In this document: positions 50,150 through 62,618 of the stretch, piece after piece | Position numbering within the stretch: position 1 is the stretch's first letter | How the letters are laid out: the number at the start of each line of letters is the position of its first letter | From: Mobula hypostoma | Taxonomy: Eukaryota | Length of the DNA stretch: 64,000 nucleotides | Reading direction: 5' to 3' | Assembly (NCBI RefSeq): GCF_963921235.1 | Contig: NC_086097.1 | Coordinates: forward strand, 15,438,001-15,502,000 | Notes under the pieces: model-generated | Seen by the model: the letters and a program-made list of their open reading frames with translations, nothing else | Databases searched by the model: none | Told to the model about the DNA's origin: nothing | Program-made: the position numbers and the translations under genes

Positions 50150-50384
50150 AGGGATGGCCCCATGATTAGCCACTGCTGCGACCTCCTGTTCGAAAAAAGA
50201 ATAATTAAACCTGGTAATTGCAAGCTAGTCAGTTTAACAACAATGATGATAGTTTAAAAATGATGAACTGGGAGAAATTAACAGTCACTGGACCTATGGA
50301 CTAACAAAGGGCTAATTATCTGTGGGAAAAATTTTGTTTCTTTCTTTTGGCAAACAGTTGCTGTGACCTGTGGGTTTTTAAGAG

Positions 50385-53185
50385 GTGTACAATAGAGCAG
50401 CTTATTAAGAAAATTTAAGCTCATGGGTATAGGCTTAAGTGAATTGCAAGATTGCAAAATGCAAATGCAAGAAGTATCGTAGGAAAAGCAGATGAGTCTA
50501 AGGCATGGATCAACACCTGGAATTATGATATTGTAGTCATTAGTGAGACTTGGTTGCAGGAGGGGCAAGACTGACACTTCAATATTCTGGGGTTCCATTG
50601 TTTTAGATGTGACAGAGCAAGAGGGATTAAAGAAGGAGGAGTGGCATTACTCGTCAGGGATAGTGTCACGATGGTGCTCAGTCAGAATAAACTGAAGAAT
50701 TCATAAGGGTGGAACTGGGAAATAAGAAAGGTATGATCATGTTAATGGGGCTATATTACAGACCATCCAATAGTCCGAGGGATTTGGAGGAACAAATTTG
50801 CAAGAGAGATCAGTGTTGCAAGAAACATAAGGTTGTTCTGGTAGGTGATTTTAACTTTCGACATATTGACTGGGACTCCCATACTATAAAAGGACTAGAT
50901 GGGATAGAGTGTCTCAAATGTGTTCAGGAAAGTTTTCTTAATCAGTACATAGAAGTCCCAATGGGAGAGTGTTGATCTGCTATTAGGGAATGAGAGGGCA
51001 GGTGACAGAAGTTTGTGTATGGGAATACTTTGCATCTAGTGATCACAATGCCATTAGCTTCAAAGTAAATATGCAAAGAGATAGATCTGGTTTGCAGGTT
51101 GAGATTCTAAATTGAAAAAGACCAATTCTGATGGTAACAGAAAAGATCTGGCAAGTGTAGACTGGGACAGGCTGTTTCTGGCAAAGGTGTACTTGGTAAG
51201 TGGGAGGCCTTCAGTGATTAAAATTTTGAGAGTATAAAGTTTGTATGTGCCTGTCAGAATAAAAGGTTAAGATAACAAAAGTAGGGAACCTGGTTTTCAA
51301 GAGATATTGAGGCCCTGGTTAAGGAAAAAAAGGAGGTGCAAAGCAGGTATAGACAGGTAGGAACACATAACACATACTTGTGCAGTATAGGAAATACAAG
51401 AGAACACTTAAGACTGAAACAGTAGGCTAAAGGAAGGCATGAGGTTGCCCTAACAGATAAGGTGAAGGAGAATCCTAAGGGATTTTACAGATCTGTTAAG
51501 AGCAAAAGGATTGCAAGAGACAAAATTGGTCCTCTGGAAGATGAGAAGGGTAATCCATGTGTGGAACCAAAAGAGATGGGGGAAATCTTAAATGAATTGT
51601 TTACATCTGTACTTACTTAGGAGACAGACACAAAGTCTATAGAAGTGAGGAAAAGTGTCATCAACCCTATACAGACTGCAGAGGAGGAGATATTTGCTGT
51701 CCTGAGGCAAATTAGGGTGGATAAATCCCCAGAGCCTGACAAGGTGTTCCCTCGGACCCTGTGGGAGGCAAGTGCAGAAATTGCCTGTGCCCTAGCAGAG
51801 ATATTTAAATCATCCTTAGCAATGGATTACGTACCAGAGGACTGGAGGATAGCCAGTGTTCTTCCGCTGTTTAAGAAACGCTCCGAAACTAAACCAGGGA
51901 GTTATTGGCTGGTGAGCCTGACGACATCAGTTGTGGGAAAGTTATTGGAAGGTATTTTGAGGATTGGATATACAAGTTGGATAGACATGGACTGATTAAG
52001 GATAGGCAGCATGGGATCATGTGTGGTAGGTTATGGCTAACCAATCTTGTAGGGTTTTTCAAGAAAGTTACCAGGAAAGTGGATGAAGACAAGGTAGTGG
52101 ATGTTGTCTACATGGACTTTAGCAAGGCATTTGACGAGGCCCCGCATGGGAAGTTGGTCAAGAATGTTCAGTTGCTCAGCATTTAAGATGAGGTAGTAAA
52201 TTGGATTAGACATTGGCGTTGTGGGAGAAGTCAGAGAGTGGCCATAGATGGTTACATCTATGACTGGAGACCTGTGACTAGTGGAGTGCTGCAGGGATTG
52301 ATGTTGGGTCCATTGTTGTTTGTCATCTGTATCAATGATCTGGATGATGTGGTTAATTGGATCAGCAAATTTGTGGATGACACAAAGATTGGGTGTGAAG
52401 TGGAGAGTGAGAAAGACTATCGTGGCTTGCAGAGGGATCTGGACCAGCTGGAAAAATGAGCTGAAAAATGACAGATGGAATTTAATCCAGACAAGTGTGA
52501 GGTGTTGTACTCCTGTAGGATCAACCAGTGTAGGTCTGACACAGTGAACGATTGGGCACTGAGGAATGCAGTAGAACAAAGGGATCTGGGAATACAAATC
52601 CATAAATTCATTGAAAATGGCATCACAGATAGATAGGTCGTAAAGAAAACTTTTGGCACATTGGCTTTCATGAATCAAAGTATTGAATACAGGAAATGGA
52701 ATGTTATGTTGAAGTTGTATAAGACATTCTTTGATGAGGCGTAATTTGGAGTATTGTGTGTAGTTTTGGTCATCTATTACAGAAAAGATATAAATAAGGT
52801 TGAAAGAGTACAGAAAAAAATTTCAAGGATGTTGCTGGATCTGGAGGACATAAGTTATTAGGAAAGATTGGATAGATCAGGACTTTATTCCTTAGAACAT
52901 AGAAGATTGAGGGGAGATTTGATAGAGGTTTATGAGCGGTATAGATAGGGTATTAAGTTATGAGGGGTATACATAGGGTAAATGCAAGCAGGCTTTTTCC
53001 ACTAGGTTAGGTGGGACTACAACTAGAGGTCATGGGTTGAGGATGAAAGGTGAAAAGTTTAAGGGGAACATGAGGGGAAACTTCTTCACTCAGAGTGTGG
53101 AACGAGCTGCCAGTGCAAGTGCATGCAAGCTCGAAATTTGCGTAGTAGGAATATAGAGGGCTATGATTGCGGTGCAGGTCAATGG
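50385..53185 (+). mobile_element. Near full-length CR1 ORF2 (APE endonuclease and RT), degenerate
   Basis: YDIVVISETWL, GGGVALL, GLYYRPSN, LVGDFNF..IDW, SDHN, DKSPEPD, VDVVYMDFSKAFD, SKFVDDTK. Multiple stops. Confidence 0.92.
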
Positions 53186-53189
53186 GAGT

Positions 53190-55255
53190 CATCATCATCA
53201 GGTGTTGTGCCCAGTTTGAGCTTTGACTGCCATGACCCATTGACATACCCCGTGACAGGTTAAAGAACCAGCAGAGATGGAAAACACTTTGGCATCCAGT
53301 ATTGCTATTAACTAATAATATTTATTAGTAACTACGCAATACAGTAATATAAATGTAGATAAATCAAACAGGTTAGCAATGATTATATATAAGTAAGTAA
53401 ATCAGTAAGTGTGGAAAATATATATGAAACCCAAGCTTCTTCAAGTCTAGGGGTAAATTAAAAAAAAAGATAGTCTTATGATGATGAGTAAAGTTCAGTT
53501 CAGTTTGTGGTGTTGAGTTGAGTAGTGATGGAGAGAGAGAGAGAGGGAGAGATTTAAGTCTTCAGGTGAGATGACGCTGTCGATCTTCCCATTGTCCTCC
53601 GAAATACTTTAAAAGTCACCGACTGTGACCACAACAAAGGGGACCGGTTGTCTGTGGTGGAGCTATCAACCAGGCAAGGGTGGACACATGGACAACTCCC
53701 CACAAGTCAATCCCTTTTCTCACTGCAAGGGCCACTGATCGATCCTCCAAAAAACCCACTTTTTCTGTGGGCACAACAAAGCTCATTCAGTGTCCAAAAA
53801 CATGTGCCTGAGGTCTATATCATCTGACCTCCTATTTATTGCACCGTACTGAGTACAAACTGTCATTCAAATAACTCCTCCTTCCTTTGTCTGTGTAAGA
53901 AATGTACAAGCAGGCAAATGTCCTTAGAAGCTGCTGAAAAATCATAACATTGATCGTCCATCAAATAATGCCGCCCTCGGTCACCATAGCGACTTACGAG
54001 CTGCTCGGTGCCCTCTTCCTCCAAACTCAGCAGAAATCCAAAAGTTAGTTCTTTATCGTTCCTTAAAGTGACAGTCCACAGGAAATATGAACCTTAGGGG
54101 TTCATACCACCATTTCAAAGCAGTCTTTGTCTCTCTCTCTCTTTTCAAAAGCACAGTTCATAGGGGTAATCGAGCACAGTTCATAGGGGTAATTCAGGAC
54201 CCCGTTACACCCACACACTCCTGTTTCGGGTCAAGTGGATCAATTCATTGGTATTCATTTCCAGTTCTCTGGCTGCTGTCTCCATCATCATTTGTCTTTG
54301 TCTTCCTCTTGCTTTCTTCCCTTCAATCTTTCCCATAATTACCGTGCATTCTAACTCCTCTTTCCTAATCACATATCCAATGAAGTTACATTGCCTTTTC
54401 ATGATCTCATAAATTATTTCTCTTTTTGTGTTTGCTCTTTTCATGACATCCTTGTTAGATATTCGTTTTGTCCATGATATTCTTTGCATCCGCCTCAAAA
54501 ACCACATCTCTGCTGCTACAATTCGTTTCCTCATGTTACTAGATATTATCCAACATTCTGAGCCATATAACATAACTGGATAAACATAACATTTCAGTAC
54601 TCTGAGGCGGGTTGTCATGCCTATTTTAGTATTGGTCAGTATCCTCTTCATTCTTGTAAAGGTGTCTTTTGCCATCCCTATTCTTCTTTTAATGTCCAAG
54701 TTGCACCTGCCATCTGATGTCACCCATCTTCCTAAGTAGCAAAAGTTCTGTACTTGTTTTATGTCTTCCCCGTTTATTCTCAGCCTGCAGATAGGATTCT
54801 CCTTCTTTTTGGATATCACCATACATTCTGTCTTTTTGCAATTGATAGATGACCCACTTTTGCACTTTCTTCAACAATTATATCAATTAAGTTTTGTAGT
54901 TCTTTCTCTGTACTTGCAATTAACACAATGTCAAAAGGATATCTGAAATTATTGATGTTTTCACCGCCAACTTTGATTCCCAAGATGTCTCTTATTTTTT
55001 TGTAATATTGTTTCACTGTACACATTAAACAAATCGGGGAGAAAACACACTCTTATCTAACGCCCCTCTTGATTTTCGTAAACTGACTCACTTCTCCATC
55101 TATTCTTACAGCGGCAGTTTGTTCCCAGTACAGATTTCTGATTAGGCGGAGGTCTTTCGAATCTAGATCTAGAGTTTTCTGTAATATTTCAAATAACTTA
55201 CTGTGCTTCACTTTATCAAATGCTTTTGTGCAGTCGATAAAACAAACAAACAAAT
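53190..55255 (-). mobile_element. RTE-clade LINE 3' half, split by a solo LTR
   Basis: FVCFIDCTKAFDKVKH, RGVR, NINNFRY, YPVMLYGSECW, EMWFLRRMQRISW, GKIEGKKARGRQR, and a (GAT)n tail. Confidence 0.9.
53241..54209 (-). mobile_element. Solo LTR (969 bp)
   Basis: Bounded by TG...CA, with a 5-bp TSD CCCAT (53236-53240) / CCCAC (54210-54214). Interrupts a continuous RTE 3' end. Minus-strand AATAAA at 53321-53326. Confidence 0.75.
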
Positions 55256-55794
55256 CACTGGGAGTAGGCAGCTTAAATAATTTGGTGTGGACTACATAGG
55301 CCAAAGGGCCTGTTTCTGTGATGTACTTTATGACCCTATAACTAATTGAGAAGAAACCTCTGCAGCCGGTAGGAAGCCATTTAGTTCATATCAAAAACAC
55401 TGTGAGAAGGACAGTTTTAAAGGACTTGTGAGGGTTTTTTAAAAATTGAGTACGGCTGGCATCTGAAATACTCTTCCAGAGGAGGAGGTGGAATCAGTTA
55501 CAGTCTCTACATTGAAAGGGCATTTACAAGTATTTGAATACAGATATTTGAATAGGCAAGACATAGAAGGATATATGCCTAATACAGGCAAATGTGATTA
55601 CTGTAGATAGGATAGAAGGTTAGCATGGCTGTGCTGGGCAAAAAGACCCATTTCTGTGCTGTATAACTATATGACCAATCTCAGATCTCTGCAAAAACAT
55701 TTACTGCCTCCCATTCCTAGTTTTTTATCTGCAGTTTTGCAATTCTTTCTTCCTTAAATATCCCATCCAAATCTGAAAGCCACACTTCAATCTG

Positions 55795-58505
55795 CAACAC
55801 ACACAAAATGTTGGAGGAACTCAGCAGGCGAGACAGCATCTATGGAAAAGAGTACAGTCGATGTTGCGGGCCAAGATCTTCATCAGGACTGGAGAAAAAA
55901 GATAAGGAGTGAGAGTTAGAAGGTGGGGGAGGACAGGAAAAAACGCAAGGTGAAACTGGAGGTGGGGAGGGTGAAGTAAAGAGCTGGAAACTTGATTGGC
56001 TGGAGAAGGGGGGATCTGATAGGAGAGAACAGAAGGCCATGGAAGAAAGAAAAGGGGGAGGAACGCCAGAGGGAATTGATGGGCAGGTAAGGAGATAAGG
56101 TGAGAGAGGGAAATGGGAATAGGGAATGGTGAAGGGGAGGGGGCATTACTGGAAGTTCAAGAAATCTATGTTCATACCATCAGGTTGGAGGCTACCCAGA
56201 TGGAATATAAGATGTTGCTCTTCCAACCTGAGTGTGGCCTCATCACGACAGTAGAGGAGGCCATGGACTGATATGTCAGAATGAGAATAGGAAGTGGAAG
56301 TAAAATGAGTGGTCACTGGGAGATCCCAATTTTTCTGGCAGATGGAGTGTAGGTGCTCGGCGAAGTGGTCTCCCAATCTAGTTTGGGTCTCACTGATATA
56401 CAGGAGGCCACACCAGGAGCACCAGATACAGTAGATGACCTGAACAGACTCATGGGTGAAGTGTCTTACCAGAAGGACTCTTTGGGTCCTTGAATGATAG
56501 TGAGGGAGGAGCTGCTGAGGCAGGTGTAGCACTTGTTCTGCCTGCAAAGATAGGTGCCAGGAAGGAGATCAGTGAGGCAGAATGAATGGACAAGGGAGTT
56601 GTGAAAGGAGTGATCCCTCAAGAAAGCTGAAAGTAGTGGTAGTTGTGGGGGGGGGAAGGGAAAGATATACTTGGAGTTAGGTTGGAGATGGTGGAAGTTA
56701 TGGAGAATTATGTGCTGGATGCAAAAGCTGGTGGGGTGGTTGGTGAGGACAAGGGGAACCCTATCCTTGGAGGGGTGGCGGGAGGATGGGATGAGGACGG
56801 ATGTGTGCACAATGGAAGAGATGTGGTTGAGGGCAGCGTTGATGGTGGAGGAAGGGAAGCTTGTTTCTTTGAAGAAGGAGGACATCTTCATTTTGGAATG
56901 AAAAGCCTCATCCTGAGAGCAGATGCGGTGGAGATGGAGGAATTGAGAGATGGAGATGGCATTTTTTCAAGTAACGGGGTAGTAACAGGGTGGAAAGAGG
57001 TACAGTTCAGGTTAGGTAGCTGTGAGAGTCAATGGGTTTATAATAGACATCTGTAGATAAGCAGTCTCCAGAGATGGAGAGAGCAAGAAAGGGGAGGGAG
57101 TTGTTGGAAATGGACCAGGTAAATTTCAAGTCAAGTCACTTTTTATTGTCATTTCGACCATAACTGCTGGTACAGTACACAGTAAAAACGAGACAACGTT
57201 TTTCAGGACCATGGTGCTACATGAAATAAAACAAAAATGACACTGAACTACGTAAAACAACACAAAAATTACACCAGACTACAGACCTACCCAGGACTGC
57301 ATAAAGTGCACAAAACAGTGCAGGCTCTACAGTAAATAATAAACAAGACAATAGGCACAGTAGAGGGCAGTAGGTTGGTGTCAGTCCAGGTTCTGGGTAT
57401 TGAGGAGTCTGATGACTTTAGGGAAGAAACTGTTACATAGTCTGGTCGTAAGAGCCCGAGTGCTTCGGTGCCTTTTGCCAGATGGCAGGAGGGAGAAGAG
57501 TTTGTATGAGGGGTGCGTGGGGTCCTTCATAATGCTGTTTGCTTTACGAATGCAGCATGTGGTGTAAATGTCTATAATGGCGGGAAGAGAGACCACGATA
57601 ATCTCAGCTGACCTCACTATCTGCTGCAGGGTCTTGCGATCTGAGATGGTGCAATTTCCGAACTAGGCAATGAGGTAGTTGCTCAGGATGCTCTCAATAC
57701 AACCTCTGTAGAATGTGGTGAGGATGGTGGGGTGGGAGATGGACTTTTTTCAGCCTTCGCAGAAAGTAGAGACGCTGCTGGGGTTTCTTTGCTATGGAGC
57801 TGGTGTTGAGGGACCAGGTGAGATTCTCCGCCAGGTGAACACCAAGAAATTTGTTGCTCTTAACGATCTCTACGGAGGAGGAGTCAACGTTCAGCGGAGA
57901 GTGGTTGCTCCGTGTCCTCCTGAAGTCAACAACCATCTCTTTTGTTTTGTTCACAATCAGAGACAGGTTGTTGGCTCTGCACCAGTCCGTTAGCCGCTGC
58001 ACCCCCTCTCTGTATGCTGACTCATCGTTCTTGCTGATGAGACCCACCACGGTCGTGTCATTGGCGAACTTGATGATGTGGTTGGAGCTGTGTGTGGCAG
58101 CACAGTCGTGGGTCAGCAGAGTGAACAGCAGCGGACTGAGCACACAGCCCGGAAGTTGGAGGCAATGTTGATGAAGTTGATGAGCTCTGCATGGGTGCAG
58201 GAAGCACACAAATGCAGTCATCAATGTAGAGTAGGAAAAGTTGGGGAGCGACACCAGTGTAGCCCTGGAAAATGTGTATTCCACGTAGCTGAAAAAAAGG
58301 CAGGCCTAGTTGGGATCCATGTGAATACCCATGGCCACATCTATTGTTTGAAGGAAGTGGGAAGAGCCAAAGGATAAATTATTGAGAGTGAGGACAAGTT
58401 CCGCCAGACAGATGAGAGTGGTGGTGGAGGGGAACTGGTTGGGTCTGATGTCCAGAGAGCTTTGAGGCTTTCCTGGTGGGGGATGGAGGCTTATAGGGAC
58501 TAGAC
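55795..58505 (-). mobile_element. Penelope-like element (RT part, GIY-YIG, terminus) split by a Rex1-type LINE
   Basis: VIYCIWCSWCGLLYISET..RLGDHFAEHL and DRVPLVLT.HP. RT remnants at 58150-58505. Confidence 0.9.
57126..58149 (-). mobile_element. Rex1/Babar-type LINE nested in a Penelope element
   Basis: GCVLSPLLFTLLTHDC, IIKFAND, KTKEMVVDFR, DPTHPSYKLFSLLPSGKR, and a (GACTT)n tail. Confidence 0.88.
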
Positions 58506-58898
58506 CTATAAGATGCTCGGGATCTGCATCTGCATCTACGTTTCATTACATTATAACTTATTGCTTGAAATGGTTTACCCTCCCAACACTTTTATTTCTT
58601 GTAATCATTGTAAATCTAGTTCTTAACCACTCCATTAAAGGAAATGGTTTATCTTACTCATTTTTAGATGCTTGCCAATTTTGGTTTTCAGGCAGATGAG
58701 GCTCGTCAGCTGTGGTTGGGAGCTCATTTCGGAGAAGGAAAACTCTGATCTCAAACCAATGATGCCTTGCTGCTATACCCACTCATGGGGAAGGCTTTGG
58801 GAGTAAACCTTGAGGAAAAATCTGGAATTAGAGTCCCTAAGGCAATCCTACGTTGAGTTCAATGCTTGTGTACTGATATGCATATCATGTAGACAACT

Positions 58899-59204
58899 GG
58901 CGCATGGCCAAGTGGTTAAGGCGTCGGTCTAGTGATCTGAAGGTCAATAGTTCGAGCCTCAGCGGAGGCAGTGTGTTGTGTCCTTGAGCAAGGCACTTAA
59001 CCACACATTGCTCTGCGATAACACTGGTGCCAAGCTGTATCGGCTCTAGTGCCCTTACCGTGGACAACATCGGTGGCATGGAGAGGGGAGACATGCAGCA
59101 TGGGCAACTGCCGGTCTTCCATACAACCTTGCCCAGGCTTTCGCCCTGGAAAACTTCAAAGGCGCAAATCCATGGTTTCACGAGACCAACGGATACCTAT
59201 ATAA
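58899..59204 (+). mobile_element. Full-length tRNA-derived SINE with CORE-like domain and TSD
   Basis: A box TGGCCAAGTGG, B box GTTCGAGCC, CORE-like TGTGTCCTTGAGCAAGGCACTTAACC. Direct repeat AGACAACT(GG) at 58891 and 59205. Confidence 0.85.
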
Positions 59205-59797
59205 AGACAACTGGGATGCAACATCTATGGTTTACACTGACCGCTGGAAGGCTTCCAATGATTTTGATTGGTGGACGTAGAACTGCACAGATATTTCAGC
59301 ACACTAAGATTTGGAGATGACCTGCAAGTTGGAAATATCTTAAACTATGGTGAAGATGCTAATAAACAGGCTAATTATGCAAGAAAAGGTCTCTGGGGAT
59401 GGTTTGGGGATGTTTTCATACACACAGTTTTTTTAAAAACATGACTCATCTTAAGGTACAGTGGGGAAGGAAGCATTTTGACTATCTGACTCAGCATCAC
59501 TTCTTCCAGAGAACTCTTATTTATTCGATCTTTCCTCCTGCCCCTGAATTTTTCTCCAAGCATTTACCCAATCTCCCTTTGAAAGCTCCTGTCCACAATG
59601 CTTCTCAAATTATCATCATTCATCAGGTATACAAGTTTGTCCTCACATCGCTTCTGATTCTTTTGTCAATCATTTTATACCTGCTTCTCCCTCTAGATCT
59701 ACCAAGCAATTAAAGCATGCTTTAAATGCTTGGAGAAAAATTCAGGGGCAGGAGGAAAGATCGAATAAAAACTGTGTGTAAGAAAACTCCCCACATA

Positions 59798-59965
59798 AGG
59801 TGGTGCAGCTCATAGTGCTCCTGCTTCACAGCTCGAGCAGCCCAGGTTTGACCCCAACCTCTGGTCTGGAGTTCACAGAAGCTCCCTATGATTGCATGGG
59901 TTTTCCCAGGATCTTTATGGTCTTCCCACATCCCAAGGACTTACAGATTGGTAGGTAAATTGTGT
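59798..59965 (+). mobile_element. Decayed V-SINE
   Basis: GGTGGTGCAGC...CTTCACAGCTC...GGAGTTCACA...GCATGGGTTTTCCCAGG...TTCCCACATCCCAAGGAC. Confidence 0.65.
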
Positions 59966-60034
59966 AAAGATCTGGTTTCGATAATTTTTTAAAAGTTTGC
60001 TAGTAGGTTTCAGAAGCAGAATCTTAATGCAAAG

Positions 60035-61145
60035 ATCATTGCAAGAGGCCCAGCAATCTTCTCCCTTGCTTTTCACAGTAGCCTGGGGTATATCTCATCT
60101 GATCCCGGTGATTTATTTAACTTAATGCTTTTCAAAAGCTCCAGCGCATCCTCTTTCTTAATGTCTGTATGCTCAAGCATTTCAGTCGGCTGTAAGTCAT
60201 CCCCACAATTGGGTGAATACTGAAACAAAGTATTTATTAAGTACCTCTGCTACCTCCTCTGACTCCTTGCACATGTTTCCACTACCGCAACTGATTGGTC
60301 CTATTCTCACACGGCTCATCCTCTTGCTCTTCACATACTGTACTTGTCGAATGCCTTGGGGTTTCCTTGATCCTGCTCACCGAGGCCTTCTCATAACCCC
60401 TTTTGGCTCTCCTAATTCTATTCTTAAGCTCCTTCTTAGCAACCTTGTAATTTTCTAGCGCTCTAACAGTACCTAGTTTCTTGAACTTTTCGTAAGCTTT
60501 TCTTTTCTTCTTAACTAGATTTTCTACATACTTTGTACACTATGGTTATTTAACTCTACCAACTCTGCCTCAATGGAACATACCTATACAGAACTCCATG
60601 CAAATGTTCCCTGACCATTTGCCACATTTCTGCCATGCCTTTCCCTGAGAACATCTGCTCCCAATTTATGCTCCCAAGTTCCTGCCTCAGCATCATATTT
60701 CTCCCTACCCCAATGAAATGTTTTCCCAGATTGTCTGCTGTTATTCCTCTCCAGCGCTATGTTGAAGGAGATAGAGTTGTGGTTACTACCTCCAAAACGC
60801 TCTCCCACCGAGAGACCAGGTTCATTTCCCAATACCAGATCAAGTACAGTCTCTCCAGTTGGCTTATCTACATAATTGCGTCAGGAAACTTTCCTGCACA
60901 TACCTAACAAACTCCACCCCATATAAACTCCTTGCACTAAAGAGATGTCAATCAATATTAGAAAAGTTAAAATCTCCCATCGCAACAACCCTATTATTAT
61001 TGCACCGTTCCAGAATCTGCCTCCCTATCTGCTCCTCGATCTCCCTCTTACTATTGGTGGGGGATCTATAAAACTACCCCATTGAGTTATTGCCCCCTTC
61101 CTGTTTCTAACTTCCACCCACACTGACTGAGTAGATAATCCCTCT
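60035..61145 (-). mobile_element. CR1 LINE endonuclease-region fragment
   Basis: Minus strand FYRSP, MGDFNF..ID, GNEPG.SVGERFGGSNHNSISF. Confidence 0.8.
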
Positions 61146-62040
61146 ATGGAATTGAATAATCACTGGGAACAAATTGTCATCAAAGATCTAAATGTGAGGT
61201 TCGCTGGTTTCAACCTACCCAAGAAGGAATGTTCATTGCTTAAACAAATTTTGAAGAGCGAAGGAACAGGTGTTGGAATTGGGTAATGTTACATGTGTGG
61301 AAGTACAGTGAAAAACATGTTTTGCATGCCATCACATGTTATTTCATTGCAACAGTGCATTAAGGTAGCATGGGGGAAAACAATAACAGAATGTAAAATA
61401 AAATGTTTCAGTTATATAAAATGCAGTGCAGATAGTCAATAAAGTGCAAGGCCTTAATGAGGTAGATTGTGAGGTCAAGAGTCCATCTACTGGACTAGAG
61501 GACAATTCTATAGTCTTATAATAGTGGGATAGAAGCTGTCCCTGAGCCTGGTGACAGGTGCTTTCAGGCTTTTGTATCTTCTACCTGTTGTGGGGCGGCG
61601 GGGGGGGGGGGGGAGAAGAAACAGAAAAAGGAAAACGTTCTGAGTGTGTGGGATTTTTGATTATGTTGGCTGCTTTACTTGAGGCGTTGAGGAATGCAGA
61701 CAGATTCCATGGAAGGGTGGCTGGTTTCTGTGATTTGCTGAACTGTGTCCACAACTCTTCTGCATTTTTTTATGGTCACAGGCAAGGCAGTTGCCATACC
61801 AAGTGGTAATATATTTGGACAGTATACTTTTTACGCTGTTTTCATAAAAATTGGTGAACGTCTAAGTGGACATTCCACATTTATTTAGCCTTCTGAGCAA
61901 CCAGAGGCACTGATGAACTTTCTTGGGGATGGCATCGGCATGGTTGTACTAGGGCAGGATATTTGTGGTCTGCACTGCAAGAAACTTGAAGCCTATATAT
62001 TAAAGGCTCAAAGGTTCATTTATTATCAAAAGTATGTATC

Positions 62041-62618
62041 CGTAGACAAGGGTGTGTTTTCTCCCCTGATTTGTTTAATGTGTACAGTGAAACAATATTA
62101 CAAAAAAAAGAGACATCTTGGGAATCAAAGTTGGCGGTGAAAACATCAATAATTTCAGATATGCAGATGACATTGTGTTAATTGCAAGTACAGAGAAAGA
62201 ACTACAAAACTTAATATAATTGTTGAACAAAGTGCAAAAATGGGTCTATCTATCAATTGCAAAAAGAAAGAATGTATGGTGATATCCAAAAAGAAGGAGA
62301 ATCCTATCTGCAGGCTGAGAATAAATAGGGAAGACATAAAACAAGTACAGAACTTTTACTACTTAGGAAGCTGGGTGACATCAGATGGCAGGTGCGACTT
62401 GGACATTAAAAGAAGAATAGGGATGGTAAAAGACACCTTTACAAGAATGAAGAGTATACTGACCAATACTAAACTAGGCATGACAACCTGCCTCAGAGTA
62501 CTGAAATGTTACGTTTATCCAGTTGTTATATGGCTCAGAATGTTGGATAATATCTAGTAACATGAGGAAACGAATTGTAGCAGCAGAGATGTGGTTTTTG
62601 AGGAGGATGCAAAGAATA
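62041..62618 (+). mobile_element. RTE-clade LINE fragment (same family as 53190-55255), cut by a Tigger-like element
   Basis: RQGCVFSP, NFRYADD, MGLSINCKKKECMVISKKKENPIC..., highly similar to the minus-strand copy. Confidence 0.88.

Noticed and set aside
58899..58975. tRNA gene
   Set aside because: A/B boxes run into a SINE body with a TSD, and no complete cloverleaf is evident.
61150..61280. Possible host exon (…GFNLPKKECSLLKQI…)
   Set aside because: Resembles a decayed RTE-X-type LINE C-terminus and lacks convincing splice sites; too weak to list as a feature.
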